Assembly (NCBI GenBank): GCA_017610445.1
Contig: JAFCCB010000001.1
Location: 1 to 48,246, forward strand
Direction of reading: 5' to 3'
Length of the DNA: 48,246 bases
DNA from: Candidatus Dojkabacteria bacterium
GTDB lineage: Archaea > Nanobdellota > Nanobdellia > Pacearchaeales > GW2011-AR1
The position numbers and the translations under genes are program-made. Positions 9,101-17,307 of this stretch are shown here, in pieces (the stretch's first letter is position 1; each line of letters starts with the position of its first letter). The notes under the pieces are model-generated. The model saw only the letters and a list, made by a program, of their open reading frames with translations. It ran no database searches and was not told the origin of the DNA.

Positions 9101-10169
9101 TTTCATTAGAATTAAATACAATTTCAGGAATAAATTTAGTGGCAGAATTAGTTTTGTCCAGTCCTAACATAAATTCCCTGCTGTCTTTTCTTAATAAAAT
9201 AGCATAAACAATATTTTCACGCCGAGTATCTTTTCTAATAGTTGGATTATAACCAAATTTATTTTTGATATAATTACAAATCCAATCAATAACTTGTTTA
9301 TTAGAATTAGAAATAGAAAAAGGATTACTACTTCCTTCTGCAACAAAAAAACCTAAAAAATAAGCATCATCACAAGATAACCCCTTATTCTCATCAATAA
9401 TATCTAACTTATTCGGAAAAGCAATAATTTCCCCTTTTTTTAATTCCTTAGTTTTTTTCCATAAAAAGCCATTATCAAAGTTTAATAATTGATGATTACC
9501 TGTAATTTTCAAAACTCTCCCTCTTTCAGTTTGAACTTTAAAAATCTTTTTAACTTTTTCACGATAAATATGTGAAGCAGGCAAAATTTCATAATTTTTC
9601 CTATTAAAACAAAGAACCTTAACAGTATTTAAAGGGACAGCAGTTCCCTCTTCAAAATTAAATTCATTTTTTTTATTATATTTTTCATAAACTTCCTGAA
9701 TCTGTTCTAAATGCATTGAATCATTAAAATAATTAACAAAAGTATCTTTAGTGATGCATTTCCCACTCCCATAAGCGCCAAAAGCTTCTGTAATTGCTTT
9801 AGTCTCAACACCTCTTCCTCCCAAAAGATTATCAAATTCCTTGCTTCCTGTGGTAATATGAAAAATTTCCTCTCTTTTCTGCGCAAACTCAAGCCCATCT
9901 TGAAATCCTAAATCCATCATTTTTCGAGAAGCCTGAATAGCTTTTCTCGCAACACTTTCTCCTAAACCAGCCATTACACTTAATTCCTTAGGACTTAAAA
10001 CAGCAATCCCCATTAAATCAAATATTCCTGCACTTTCTAATTTTTCAGCAGCAGCAGGCCCAACACCAGGCAAATCAGAAATTTTCATTTTATCAGAAGT
10101 TTTCTTTATATTTTTCTTAAAGTTTTTTTTCTTAGAGATAACTTCATCTTTTTTCTTTTTTTCAACCAT
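6150..10169 (-). CDS. radA: DNA repair and recombination protein RadA, interrupted by two inteins
   Basis: HhH domain DLPGVGPAAAEKLESAGI; Walker A GAYGSGK / TQL split by intein 1; Walker B KLVIIDS. GGNIVGHA / STFRLYIRRGRKGSRVAKLIDSPNLP is split by intein 2. The extein totals 341 aa. Confidence 0.93.
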   Translation of the reverse strand: MVEKKKKDEVISKKKNFKKNIKKTSDKMKISDLPGVGPAAAEKLESAGIFDLMGIAVLSPKELSVMAGLGESVARKAIQASRKMMDLGFQDGLEFAQKREEIFHITTGSKEFDNLLGGRGVETKAITEAFGAYGSGKCITKDTFVNYFNDSMHLEQIQEVYEKYNKKNEFNFEEGTAVPLNTVKVLCFNRKNYEILPASHIYREKVKKIFKVQTERGRVLKITGNHQLLNFDNGFLWKKTKELKKGEIIAFPNKLDIIDENKGLSCDDAYFLGFFVAEGSSNPFSISNSNKQVIDWICNYIKNKFGYNPTIRKDTRRENIVYAILLRKDSREFMLGLDKTNSATKFIPEIVFNSNEKIITSFLAGYIEGDGEISKRSLSVTTKSQKLAIQLNYLFLRLGVATTVRTKIIEGVEFYIIFVVGESRLKFNDFPFKFKRANYFQINSKYGYPKQIISFLRKVYSETIGGNRGRHRKEIGKINSDSMAYRHLTRENIVENMNSKTFNIMKLLFLEGKRSMDNLIKEVLGNEFDFDLLKKIFDKLPFAFSFLANQIGIKKSSIRNYNLRKIPENRKEILKRALLGELIIRKNKLEKVLDLMDSLEDFKWDKITEIKEIDYDDYVYDFVVPFGHSFIGGNMPTFMHNTQLGLSLAVNVQLPAEMGGCEGKAVFIDTEGTFRPERVRQIAEAKGMNSENVLKNILVARAFNSDHQMLLIDKIGEMIKDGEDIKLVIIDSLTAHFRAEFGGRGQLADRQQKLNKYLHNLMKIAEQFNLGVYVTNQVMSNPAMMFGDPTTPIGGNIVGHACLTGDSLIQLADGSIKEIKDMKQDNIISGNFQKLNFEKTDSELVFVNPNVDREYKIQTTNEINCSKLHRFFAIENFSLVEKEAKDLKERDFIAQIGRIEINGEEQKLPLKNIERVGRISKKSAKKIKEKLIEGNVLRKEICRKIGITSRQFRRVLNQNYSTSISVLSNLKNCFNGLQLEMIPVQTHKHRDLSIPSVMNSELAQVCGYFIGDGNFELRGLRFRDERFEVLEQYRILFKNLFNIKGRISKMSSKNCFTLNINSKEISDFFKLFMPDILNIIAKSKNDVVGSFIKGFVDAEGHINKKRARISVAQKEKQILRYLQLFLLRFGIRSFLRFDVGKKKMSVLSIRDRSVKDYLQIGFSALDKQKRLLDCVNYCDSTYKREMMPIKRKDVWDLLKEAGLQPSLIIRSRQENYQWINRRELNKVLNSLMNIEIKDRQIKQKIEFIFKLLKSDFRFEKIRKIKISENGGRKLFYDFSVPKNENYIANGFVVHNSTFRLYIRRGRKGSRVAKLIDSPNLPDNECVFWIGKKGLSDKED
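6285..7766 (-). mobile_element. RadA intein 2 (494 aa, LAGLIDADG homing endonuclease) inserted after GGNIVGHA
   Basis: Begins GHA|CLTGDSLIQ. LAGLIDADG motifs are CGYFIGDGNF and FIKGFVDAEGHI. Ends ...NGFVVHN|STF with Ser at +1. Confidence 0.8.
8247..9758 (-). mobile_element. RadA intein 1 (504 aa, LAGLIDADG homing endonuclease) inserted in the P-loop
   Basis: Begins with Cys (GSGK|CITKDTF). Block B is ITGNH. LAGLIDADG motifs are LGFFVAEGSS and FLAGYIEGDGEIS. Ends ...FMHN|TQL with Thr at +1. Confidence 0.85.
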
Positions 10170-10170
10170 T

Positions 10171-10455
10171 TTAAGCAGCTGACCTTCCCTTTACTTCACG
10201 AATAAATTGAACTAATCCCCTTTTTCCAAAAAATCTTTCAGGTTCTAACTTCAAAGAATTATCCTTACTAACACGAACATTAATGGGAAAATAGTTTTTT
10301 TCTATACTAGGAGGCATTCCAAAAAATTCATAATCTGTTCCTCTCTTTAATCCCATATCATTAAGCCTCTTTTCTGTACTTTTAAGTAAACCAACATATT
10401 TCTCATTATTAGCAATAAGAATAGCAATGGGAATTGTTTCTTGAACCATATTCAA
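10171..10455 (-). CDS. hypothetical protein (94 aa), abuts the radA start
   Basis: Clean ORF whose stop lies 1 nt from the radA ATG. No recognisable motif. Confidence 0.35.
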   Translation of the reverse strand: MNMVQETIPIAILIANNEKYVGLLKSTEKRLNDMGLKRGTDYEFFGMPPSIEKNYFPINVRVSKDNSLKLEPERFFGKRGLVQFIREVKGRSAA

Positions 10456-10518
10456 TTATAGCTTATTTGTTTTATAAGCATTACTCCTTTTTGTCATATA
10501 TGTCAAAACAATCTATTT

Positions 10519-10971
10519 TTAAAACACCAAATTCAGAATAATCAAAAGAACATCTAATAAGACCACACCAACAAATATGCTATCTTCAATTCGCCCGCCA
10601 GTTGCTACAAATCCTCTGCTCTTTCCTTTTAATGGCCAAAATGGTTGTATCCCTTCTTTTGTAAAAGAATCACAGATTAAATGAACAGAATAACCTGTAA
10701 AAAATCCTAAACTTCCAACAGGCCAAAACATAGCTAAAATAATTGAAATCACTGTTACAAAGGTAAAACTATGAATCACCCCTCGATGCTTAACAAAAAA
10801 TTGCAATGGCCTAAAAATTAAATGCCTGCCCCAGCTTGAAAAACAAGTATCTAAATCAGGCAGAATAGTAGCCAGCAAAACCATCCCAATAAAAATCATT
10901 TTACTATTAACATGCTGAACAAACAGCACGATTACAAGAATTGCAAAAGCTAAATGAGTTCTGAGTAACAT
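10519..10971 (-). CDS. membrane-bound metal-dependent hydrolase (YdjM/DUF457-like)
   Basis: MLLRTHLAFAIL..., LPDLD, HRGVIHS and HLICDSFTKEGIQPFWPL in a 4-TM frame. Confidence 0.6.
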   Translation of the reverse strand: MLLRTHLAFAILVIVLFVQHVNSKMIFIGMVLLATILPDLDTCFSSWGRHLIFRPLQFFVKHRGVIHSFTFVTVISIILAMFWPVGSLGFFTGYSVHLICDSFTKEGIQPFWPLKGKSRGFVATGGRIEDSIFVGVVLLDVLLIILNLVF

Positions 10972-11051
10972 TTTATTCCTTTATCCTTTTTTAATTATAA
11001 CTGTAATTTATAAAATTAGATAACCAATTCAATAACTCTAAATCTACCATC

Positions 11052-11150
11052 TTAAATAGAAGTGATTATCCCATAAATTAATATGGCAAGGGCAAAAATT
11101 CCCATAGCCCAAGCAAGATAATATAAAATCTGCTTTATTGATTCTTTCAT
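11052..11150 (-). CDS. small membrane peptide (32 aa)
   Basis: MKESIKQILYYLAWAMGIFALAILIYGIITSI, preceded by the SD-like GAGGTG 4 nt upstream of the ATG. Not in the ORF track (below its size cut-off). Confidence 0.3.
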   Translation of the reverse strand: MKESIKQILYYLAWAMGIFALAILIYGIITSI

Positions 11151-11503
11151 TTTACACCTCTTTTGTAAAATTATTAAATTTTTAATATTAATAAATTTAT
11201 TGCTTTTTTGAGAAAAATATGTATAAGCATTTATTTATTCAAAATTATCATAAAAAGGCATAAAAGATAATAAAAATCCGCCAAGTCCACCGAGGAAACT
11301 TCCAACAACCACGCCCTATAATTATAGTAATTCTAGGAGTTTACAAAATTCTGGGAGTTTATAAAAGAGATACCCACCACCAATAGCAGATACAACTGTA
11401 CAAGCAGGGATAATATAAAAAGGAGCATAAACAACCATATAATCCAAAAAATTCATATCAAGTTTAGTTGAATGTCCTTTTTTGACTACATTCAAAATAT
11501 ATT

Positions 11504-12439
11504 TCACTTCTCCAACTCTTCAATCAACTTATCAACCTCAACCTCTTTAATATCATCAACAATAAATTCATTATTATTAAACATCCTATTCTTTCTAACC
11601 TGCCCTGAAATAATTAATTCCTCCCCTAAAAGCTCTTGTTTTTTAACAGCAAATAATTCAGGGCTTTCTATTTCTGTTTTGCCGATTAATTTCCCAACTT
11701 GCTCAGAAAACATAACTGCCCTGATTGAATCACTTCCGTCATCAATAATAAAATTCAGTAAAACTCTCTTTTCAGGAACAACTTTTCCATGCTCTGCACA
11801 CTCGCTTAACTCATTAACTTTTTTCTTGCAATTCGGGCAAACCTCAAAAAATCTCGGCTCAAAAATACTGACAATAAAGGCTCTGGCAGAAACATTATCA
11901 TTTGTATTAAAATCCAAAATTTTCTTATTAACAGTTGCCTTTTCCAAAACAACAGATTTAATCACATGATTAGAGTTTTTAATCTCAGAAAAACTGCCCA
12001 AATGCAACTCTCCATTTTTAATTGTTGCATTATTAATTTCAACAATCCCACTCTTTATAATCTGTCCTTTAACAATTAAATCTATATGATTCTCATCCCA
12101 CAAAACTACCCTTATGTTGCTTGTATCATCTGCTAAAACAAAACTTGCAACTCTCCCGCTTCTGCCATTCTTATTAAACTCCCTGACAGGAAATAAGTCT
12201 ATTATCTTGCCGATTAAATTTATTTTTTTCATTCCAGGAACAATTTGAGAAATCTTAATCATTTGTTTGTCAAAATTAACTCCAAGTTCAGCAGCAACAA
12301 CCTGTGCAGCTCCCTCCTTGCTAATTAACCCTGAAAGTTTAGCCTGTTTAGCCTCCACTCTTCTCTTAATATCTTCAACAGAATTCCCAGAACTCTCTGA
12401 AATCAATTCAACTAATTGCAAATAATTTCCTTCCATCAT
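11504..12439 (-). CDS. rpa: replication protein A (RPA, ssDNA-binding OB-fold protein with zinc finger)
   Basis: N-terminal helical domain (VEDIKRRVEAKQAKLSGLISKEGAAQVVAAELGV), two OB-fold-like regions, and the Zn motif CPNCKKKV-x-CAEHGKV. Confidence 0.7.
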   Translation of the reverse strand: MMEGNYLQLVELISESSGNSVEDIKRRVEAKQAKLSGLISKEGAAQVVAAELGVNFDKQMIKISQIVPGMKKINLIGKIIDLFPVREFNKNGRSGRVASFVLADDTSNIRVVLWDENHIDLIVKGQIIKSGIVEINNATIKNGELHLGSFSEIKNSNHVIKSVVLEKATVNKKILDFNTNDNVSARAFIVSIFEPRFFEVCPNCKKKVNELSECAEHGKVVPEKRVLLNFIIDDGSDSIRAVMFSEQVGKLIGKTEIESPELFAVKKQELLGEELIISGQVRKNRMFNNNEFIVDDIKEVEVDKLIEELEK

Positions 12440-12614
12440 AACTCCTCTTTAATATCACCGTGAAGTAGTTTTTCTACTCCTAACTTAATTTCTTTCTTCT
12501 TAATGTTCTCTTTTTAAAGAAAAAAGTATTTTCTAAAAAGAGATTTAGTTTTATAAGTATTATGTTAATAAGAAATACTCAATCAAACCATCTTAATAAA
12601 CTTCAAAACAATAA

Positions 12615-12624
12615 CTTTATAAAT
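12615..12624 (+). promoter_or_regulatory. TATA box (near-leaderless geometry) for aEF-1 beta
   Basis: CTTTATAAAT lies 21-30 nt upstream of ATG 12645. Confidence 0.4.
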
Positions 12625-12644
12625 CACTTTTTCAAAATATAATT

Positions 12645-12917
12645 ATGGGAACTGCACTCATTAAAATAAAAATAATGCCAAACTCCCCAGATGCAGATTT
12701 AGAGATAATAAAAAATCAGGCAAAAAAAATAATTTTAGAAAAACAAGGACAAAACCCAAAAACAGAAACACAATCTATTGCATTTGGTTTAAATGCAGTC
12801 ATTATCACATTTGCATTAGATGAATCAAAATCAGTAGATGAAATCCAAAATCAATTAAAAAAAATTGAAAATACAAGTTCTGCTGAAGTCATCGATTTTC
12901 GCAGAGCTTTTGGTTAA
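12645..12917 (+). CDS. ef1b: translation elongation factor aEF-1 beta
   Basis: 90 aa; IKIKIMPNSPDADLE...SIAFGLNAVIITFALDE...AEVIDFRRAFG is the typical aEF-1 beta pattern. Confidence 0.85.
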   Translation: MGTALIKIKIMPNSPDADLEIIKNQAKKIILEKQGQNPKTETQSIAFGLNAVIITFALDESKSVDEIQNQLKKIENTSSAEVIDFRRAFG

Positions 12918-12920
12918 AAA

Positions 12921-13538
12921 ATGGCATTAACTAAAGAACAAGCTTCTAAAATTAAACAACAACTTCTTCAGCAAGTTGATAAATTACCCCAGGAAAACAA
13001 AGAGCAGATTAAACAGCAGATTTCTCAATTAAATGAAAAAGAATTAGAAGAGTTTTTAAAACAGAACAAAATTCAAATCCCACAAGGACAAACACAGCCT
13101 AAACAAACTCAGTGCATTTTCTGCTCAATCATAAAAAATGAAACCCCAAATTACAAAATAGCAGAAAACAAAAAAGCAATTGCAATTCTTGAAATTAATC
13201 CTCTAACAAAAGGACATTCAATAATAATTCCTATTAAACATACAACTCTTGAAAAAATACCAAAATCAGCTTTAACCTTGGCTCAAAAAATTGCAAAAAA
13301 AATCAAAACAAAACTCAAACCAGAAGATATAAAAATTGAAACTTCAAGTTTCCAGGGACATGCAATAATTAATGTAATTCCTTTTTACAAAAATGTTCCT
13401 CCAAAAAAAACAAAAGCATCTGAAAAAGAACTAAAAAAACTCCAGTCTATTTTAGAAACAAAAAAGAGAAGTCCAAGAAAACCCAAGGAAATAATTTCTC
13501 CAAAAAAACTGCAGGAAATAAATTTTAGAATTCCTTAA
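12921..13538 (+). CDS. HIT-family-like protein with N-terminal coiled-coil extension and degenerate histidine triad
   Basis: CIFCSIIKNETPNYKIAENKKAIAILEINPLTKGHSIIIPIKH has the HIT fold signature. The triad position reads GHAIINV instead of HxHxHxx. Confidence 0.55.
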   Translation: MALTKEQASKIKQQLLQQVDKLPQENKEQIKQQISQLNEKELEEFLKQNKIQIPQGQTQPKQTQCIFCSIIKNETPNYKIAENKKAIAILEINPLTKGHSIIIPIKHTTLEKIPKSALTLAQKIAKKIKTKLKPEDIKIETSSFQGHAIINVIPFYKNVPPKKTKASEKELKKLQSILETKKRSPRKPKEIISPKKLQEINFRIP

Positions 13539-13684
13539 TTCTTTATTTTCATTATAGCTAGGATTATCCCACCTACATCAACTAGTCCTGCCCCAAGCCC
13601 CATACTCTTTCCAGTAACAAGGACCAAAATTAAATCTATCGTGAATACTACTATCAACAATATATAACTCCACTTCTTAAACAT
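13535..13684 (-). CDS. small membrane protein (49 aa)
   Basis: MFKKWSYILLIVVFTIDLILVLVTGKSMGLGAGLVDVGGIILAIMKIKN; hand-translated, below the ORF-track cut-off. Confidence 0.25.
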   Translation of the reverse strand: MFKKWSYILLIVVFTIDLILVLVTGKSMGLGAGLVDVGGIILAIMKIKN

Positions 13685-13976
13685 GATAATCCCAATCAAA
13701 CAAATAATATAGGCAACTAAAAAGAACAGATAAAATAAAAAAGCATCATCTAAAAAATAGGATACTGAAATAATCTAACCAAAAATTCTTATAGCTAAAA
13801 GAATAATCAAAACTATACTCATCCAATCAAACTTTTTCTTCATAAGTGAGCAGGGTATACTAAATTTATGAATTCTTTCATTAATTAAAAAAGGAATCTT
13901 AATCAATATCTTCTTAAAATATCAAGCTACTCATCAACTCATCTTAAAATCTAATAAAATTATAAAAAAACAAATT

Positions 13977-14822
13977 TCAAAACACCCACCAAAATTTCCA
14001 CATTAAAAACAACAAACCAACAAAACCCAATAAAAACGAGGGTGTAAAAGGAATTCCATATTTAATCAAAATCTTTTTCTTGCTTTTCTTAATCATCCCA
14101 AGTTCCCTTCTAGAAACCCCCTGCCAATCTAATTTTATTTTCCTTCCTTTAATAAAAATATCTTTATACAGCCAATCTCCCTGTGTAACTTTTTCTGCAC
14201 TAACAGATTTAACCAAACAACTTTCCTCAACAGATTTTGCAAAAATAAACAGCACAGGAAATAATAAAATAACTAATCCAATTAAAATAAATCTAATCTG
14301 ACTGATAAAAAAAACAAATACCCCCCACAATAAAACAAAAACCAAACTAATCAAAAACATTTTTTCATATTTCCCCCACTGCCTTAAAAATTCTTTGGAA
14401 AAAATTTTCCAATTGACAATCACCAGAAAAAAAGAATAAATTAAAGCATAAACACTCCCTCCTGCTAAAAACATTAAAATAAAATACCCAAAAATTTTCA
14501 GATTAATCAACCAGTTAAAACTCAAAGGTAAAATTACTCCTAAAGCCATTAATAATTTAGCATCCCCCCCTGCAAACATCCTGCTATAATAAAATAAATT
14601 TCCTAAAATAAAAAATACCCCTAACCCAATCAAACCATTTAAAACAAACCAATAATTCCAACCCCAAACACTAATAACAAGCCGATAAACAAGAGCAAAT
14701 CCAATCAAACTGAAATTCCACAGATTATCAACCTCCCTCCGCTTCATATCCTGAAAAACAGCCCCTACAATCCAAACCAATCCCAAAACAATCAAAAACA
14801 AATTCTCAAAATTAATTAACAT
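13977..14822 (-). CDS. archaeal type IV prepilin/preflagellin peptidase (A24 family, PibD/FlaK-like)
   Basis: Polytopic membrane protein with the two catalytic Asp motifs DMKRREVDN (TM1 end) and FAGGDAKLL. Confidence 0.75.
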   Translation of the reverse strand: MLINFENLFLIVLGLVWIVGAVFQDMKRREVDNLWNFSLIGFALVYRLVISVWGWNYWFVLNGLIGLGVFFILGNLFYYSRMFAGGDAKLLMALGVILPLSFNWLINLKIFGYFILMFLAGGSVYALIYSFFLVIVNWKIFSKEFLRQWGKYEKMFLISLVFVLLWGVFVFFISQIRFILIGLVILLFPVLFIFAKSVEESCLVKSVSAEKVTQGDWLYKDIFIKGRKIKLDWQGVSRRELGMIKKSKKKILIKYGIPFTPSFLLGFVGLLFLMWKFWWVF

Positions 14823-14890
14823 TTTTCAACCTCATTATTAAATAACAAAAACCATTAATAAATATTCTTATCTCAATATGCTCTCAAAAA

Positions 14891-15226
14891 TTATGCAATT
14901 GCAGGCAACTCTATTTTAGAATCTTTTAATAATGGCCCAACTGCTAATTCTACATCTAATCTTATAAGATGTCTTACGAATAAATTATCAGTATTTAATT
15001 TATAAAGCTCAGACTTTCCCTGTCTTCTTGTTCTTATAACAATCTTATTTTTAATAAAATCATCAAAAAAAGAAATCAAAGAATTATAACTAACATTAGA
15101 ACCTCTTGCAATCTCCGTCATATTATAATCAAAAAGTTTATTATCAATTAAAAAATCTAAAACTCTCAATTTAGGAGTATCCCCTAAACTTTTCAAAAAT
15201 GGCGACATAGTTTGTTTTTTTTTCAT
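14891..15226 (-). CDS. winged-helix transcriptional regulator (ArsR/TrmB-like)
   Basis: PKLRVLDFLIDNKLFDYNMTEIARGSNVSYNSLISFFDDFIKNKIVIRTRRQGKSELYKLN has an HTH plus wing pattern. Confidence 0.5.
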   Translation of the reverse strand: MKKKQTMSPFLKSLGDTPKLRVLDFLIDNKLFDYNMTEIARGSNVSYNSLISFFDDFIKNKIVIRTRRQGKSELYKLNTDNLFVRHLIRLDVELAVGPLLKDSKIELPAIA

Positions 15227-15329
15227 TTTATGGTGTAATTACAATACCTGTTTATTTAAATGTTTCCATCCTAACTATTTAAACTATCAAACATAGAAAT
15301 ATTTATAAAATTCATTTTCTTAACAAAAT

Positions 15330-15584
15330 ATGGAAAAAGAACTGATAAAAGCAGAAATTATGCTAAAACTTACAAAAAAGAATAATTGGGGGGCTTGCTA
15401 TGATAGATTAGAACATTTTAAAAGATTTCCAGATTTAAAAAAAATCATAAAAGAATTAGAAAAAAAATTTTGGATTATAATTCATAAAAAACCAAATTAT
15501 ACTGCAATATCATTAAATACCAAATATAAAAGAGAAATTGCAGAATTTATTTATGAACAAATAAAGATTCACTATAAAATTTAA
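15330..15584 (+). CDS. hypothetical protein (84 aa)
   Basis: Clean ORF divergent from the wHTH gene. No motif recognised. Confidence 0.35.
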   Translation: MEKELIKAEIMLKLTKKNNWGACYDRLEHFKRFPDLKKIIKELEKKFWIIIHKKPNYTAISLNTKYKREIAEFIYEQIKIHYKI

Positions 15585-15850
15585 AAAACTTTCCTCTTAT
15601 TTCAATATCTTATAAAACAATTAGCTATCCAATCAGTTTATCAAGCCATACATCCATTAACCCAGTTCAAAAATTTGCAGATTATTAAATGACATCCTTT
15701 CCACACTAAAGTGTGAAGTTTCCTTTTTAATATCTGTTTACAATTTTTAGCTACATAAAACAGAGCTTAAGATTCTCATCTACTCAAAGTTTTGCACATT
15801 ATTGATACCATATCATAAATGATATGGACTTCTCCTGTATTTTAAATAAA

Positions 15851-15970
15851 TCATCCAGAAACCTTCTTTTTTTTCACTCTCTGACTTCCGCCTTTTTTAT
15901 ATCTATTATATCTTCTTTTAGCTCGTTTATCTGTTTTTGTTTTTCGCCTTTGAGGATTTGCATATTCCAT
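15851..15970 (-). CDS. very basic 39-aa peptide at the 3' end of the pilin cluster
   Basis: MEYANPQRRKTKTDKRAKRRYNRYKKGGSQRVKKKKVSG. Its ATG directly abuts the stop (15971-15973) of the preceding pilin-like gene. Hand-translated. Confidence 0.3.
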   Translation of the reverse strand: MEYANPQRRKTKTDKRAKRRYNRYKKGGSQRVKKKKVSG

Positions 15971-16267
15971 TTAACAAATCACCTCAGAACAATCCAGAAC
16001 GCAATTTCCCTTTAATAAATCATCCTGACAACTAACCCCTGCATCTTTTATTTCACAGCAATAATCATAAGAGTTTTCTAACTCACACTGAACTTCACAA
16101 GATTTTCTTGCCTGTGAAATCTCACTTCCTAAAATTGCTCCAATCTGAGTTTTAAAATTATCCCAGCCCATCACCAAAATAGCAATTAATCCAATTAAAA
16201 CAGCAATTCCTAAAATCATTAAAATTATTGTTGAAATCGCTAATTCCAGGCCTTTTTTATTTTTCAT
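15971..16267 (-). CDS. type IV pilin-like protein, Cys-rich (8 Cys)
   Basis: Class III signal MKNKKG|LELAISTIILMILGIAVLIGLIAILV. The C-terminal 45 aa carry 8 Cys. Confidence 0.65.
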   Translation of the reverse strand: MKNKKGLELAISTIILMILGIAVLIGLIAILVMGWDNFKTQIGAILGSEISQARKSCEVQCELENSYDYCCEIKDAGVSCQDDLLKGNCVLDCSEVIC

Positions 16268-16382
16268 TTTAATATTTTATACCCCAAAATTATATCTTGA
16301 TTAGCTTAAGCTCTGCATTTTTAAAGTTTTATTTATAGAGTTACTAATATAAAATATAAGAAAAAATAGTTTTTAAATTATT

Positions 16383-16832
16383 CTAAGGTGTAGTAGTAGT
16401 TGTTATATCTTCAGCATTGCAAACATAACTTTCTATTTTTAAATCATCAATGTAATTTATTGTTTCCCCCTCTTCAGAACATTCTGCTTTTGCACTTTTT
16501 AAATCATCATAAAATCCGCACTTAATTGCCGGACATTCTTTAATTCCATACTGAGTTTTTTTCTTAGCCAAAACATAACAAGTAGTATCTTTTAATGTTT
16601 CATCTTCTGTTTTCAACTCTCTTTTCTCAGAACAAAAACCATATGTCTGCCCCATACTGCAGGCAATATCACACTGATTAACAATTGTATCAACATTATT
16701 AGAAGAAACAATCCAGCTTTTCATTTTACTCCATCCAACAGTAAATCCCAATACAAGAATAACTAAAACAATTATTCCTAATATTACTAAAATAATTGTT
16801 GTTACAGACAATCCTTGAGCTTTTTTATTCAT
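16383..16832 (-). CDS. type IV pilin-like protein, Cys-rich (8 Cys)
   Basis: MNKKAQG|LSVTTIILVILGIIVLVILVLGF; 8 Cys in the extracellular part. Confidence 0.65.
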   Translation of the reverse strand: MNKKAQGLSVTTIILVILGIIVLVILVLGFTVGWSKMKSWIVSSNNVDTIVNQCDIACSMGQTYGFCSEKRELKTEDETLKDTTCYVLAKKKTQYGIKECPAIKCGFYDDLKSAKAECSEEGETINYIDDLKIESYVCNAEDITTTTTP

Positions 16833-16835
16833 ATT

Positions 16836-16979
16836 CTAAATCACTCCTGTTATTAATAATATTCCCAATAAAACAGAAATTGCTCCGGTTATTATTAATA
16901 ATTTATATTTTTTAAATAAAATAGGCAATAAATTTATAACTATTATTGTTATTCCAATTATTGTATAAGATTCTACCAT
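16836..16979 (-). CDS. small two-helix membrane protein (47 aa)
   Basis: MVESYTIIGITIIVINLLPILFKKYKLLIITGAISVLLGILLITGVI. Its stop lies 3 nt before the next ATG. Hand-translated. Confidence 0.35.
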   Translation of the reverse strand: MVESYTIIGITIIVINLLPILFKKYKLLIITGAISVLLGILLITGVI

Positions 16980-17102
16980 TTTTAAATTCCTTCCCTGTTT
17001 TTAGGGAATTTAAATGCAAGAAATTTCCACAAAGGAAATTTCTGCACAGAAAATTGTTTCAAACAATTTTCTTGTGCTTGAAAATCTTTGATTTTCATTG
17101 TA

Positions 17103-17270
17103 TTATAATCCCTTTTGCACAACAAGTTTAATTAACTCAAATACAAGCCCCATACTTGTTATTAAACTGCCTAAATTTATTTTTCCAAAAGTTATAATAA
17201 CACCTCCACAAATTACTATAATCCCAAATATAATATCTAATAAATTAATTTGAGCTTTTTTATTCACCAT
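17103..17270 (-). CDS. small pilin-like/membrane protein (55 aa)
   Basis: MVNKKA|QINLLDIIFGIIVICGGVIITFG... has the same NKKA leader as neighbouring pilin-like genes. Hand-translated. Confidence 0.4.
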   Translation of the reverse strand: MVNKKAQINLLDIIFGIIVICGGVIITFGKINLGSLITSMGLVFELIKLVVQKGL

Positions 17271-17307
17271 TTTTATATTTTTATATAAACAAACATCTTT
17301 TTAAATC

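Noticed and set aside
11322-11507. A 61-aa ORF immediately downstream of rpa.
   Set aside because: It has no motif and no recognisable start context, and it overlaps the rpa stop region. It remains possible but is unsupported.
12507-12543. A 10-bp inverted repeat, TCTCTTTTTA ... TAAAAAGAGA, with a 17-nt spacer in the rpa / ef1b divergent promoter region.
   Set aside because: The short AT-rich stem is plausible by chance. It was noted but is not strong enough to call a regulatory site.
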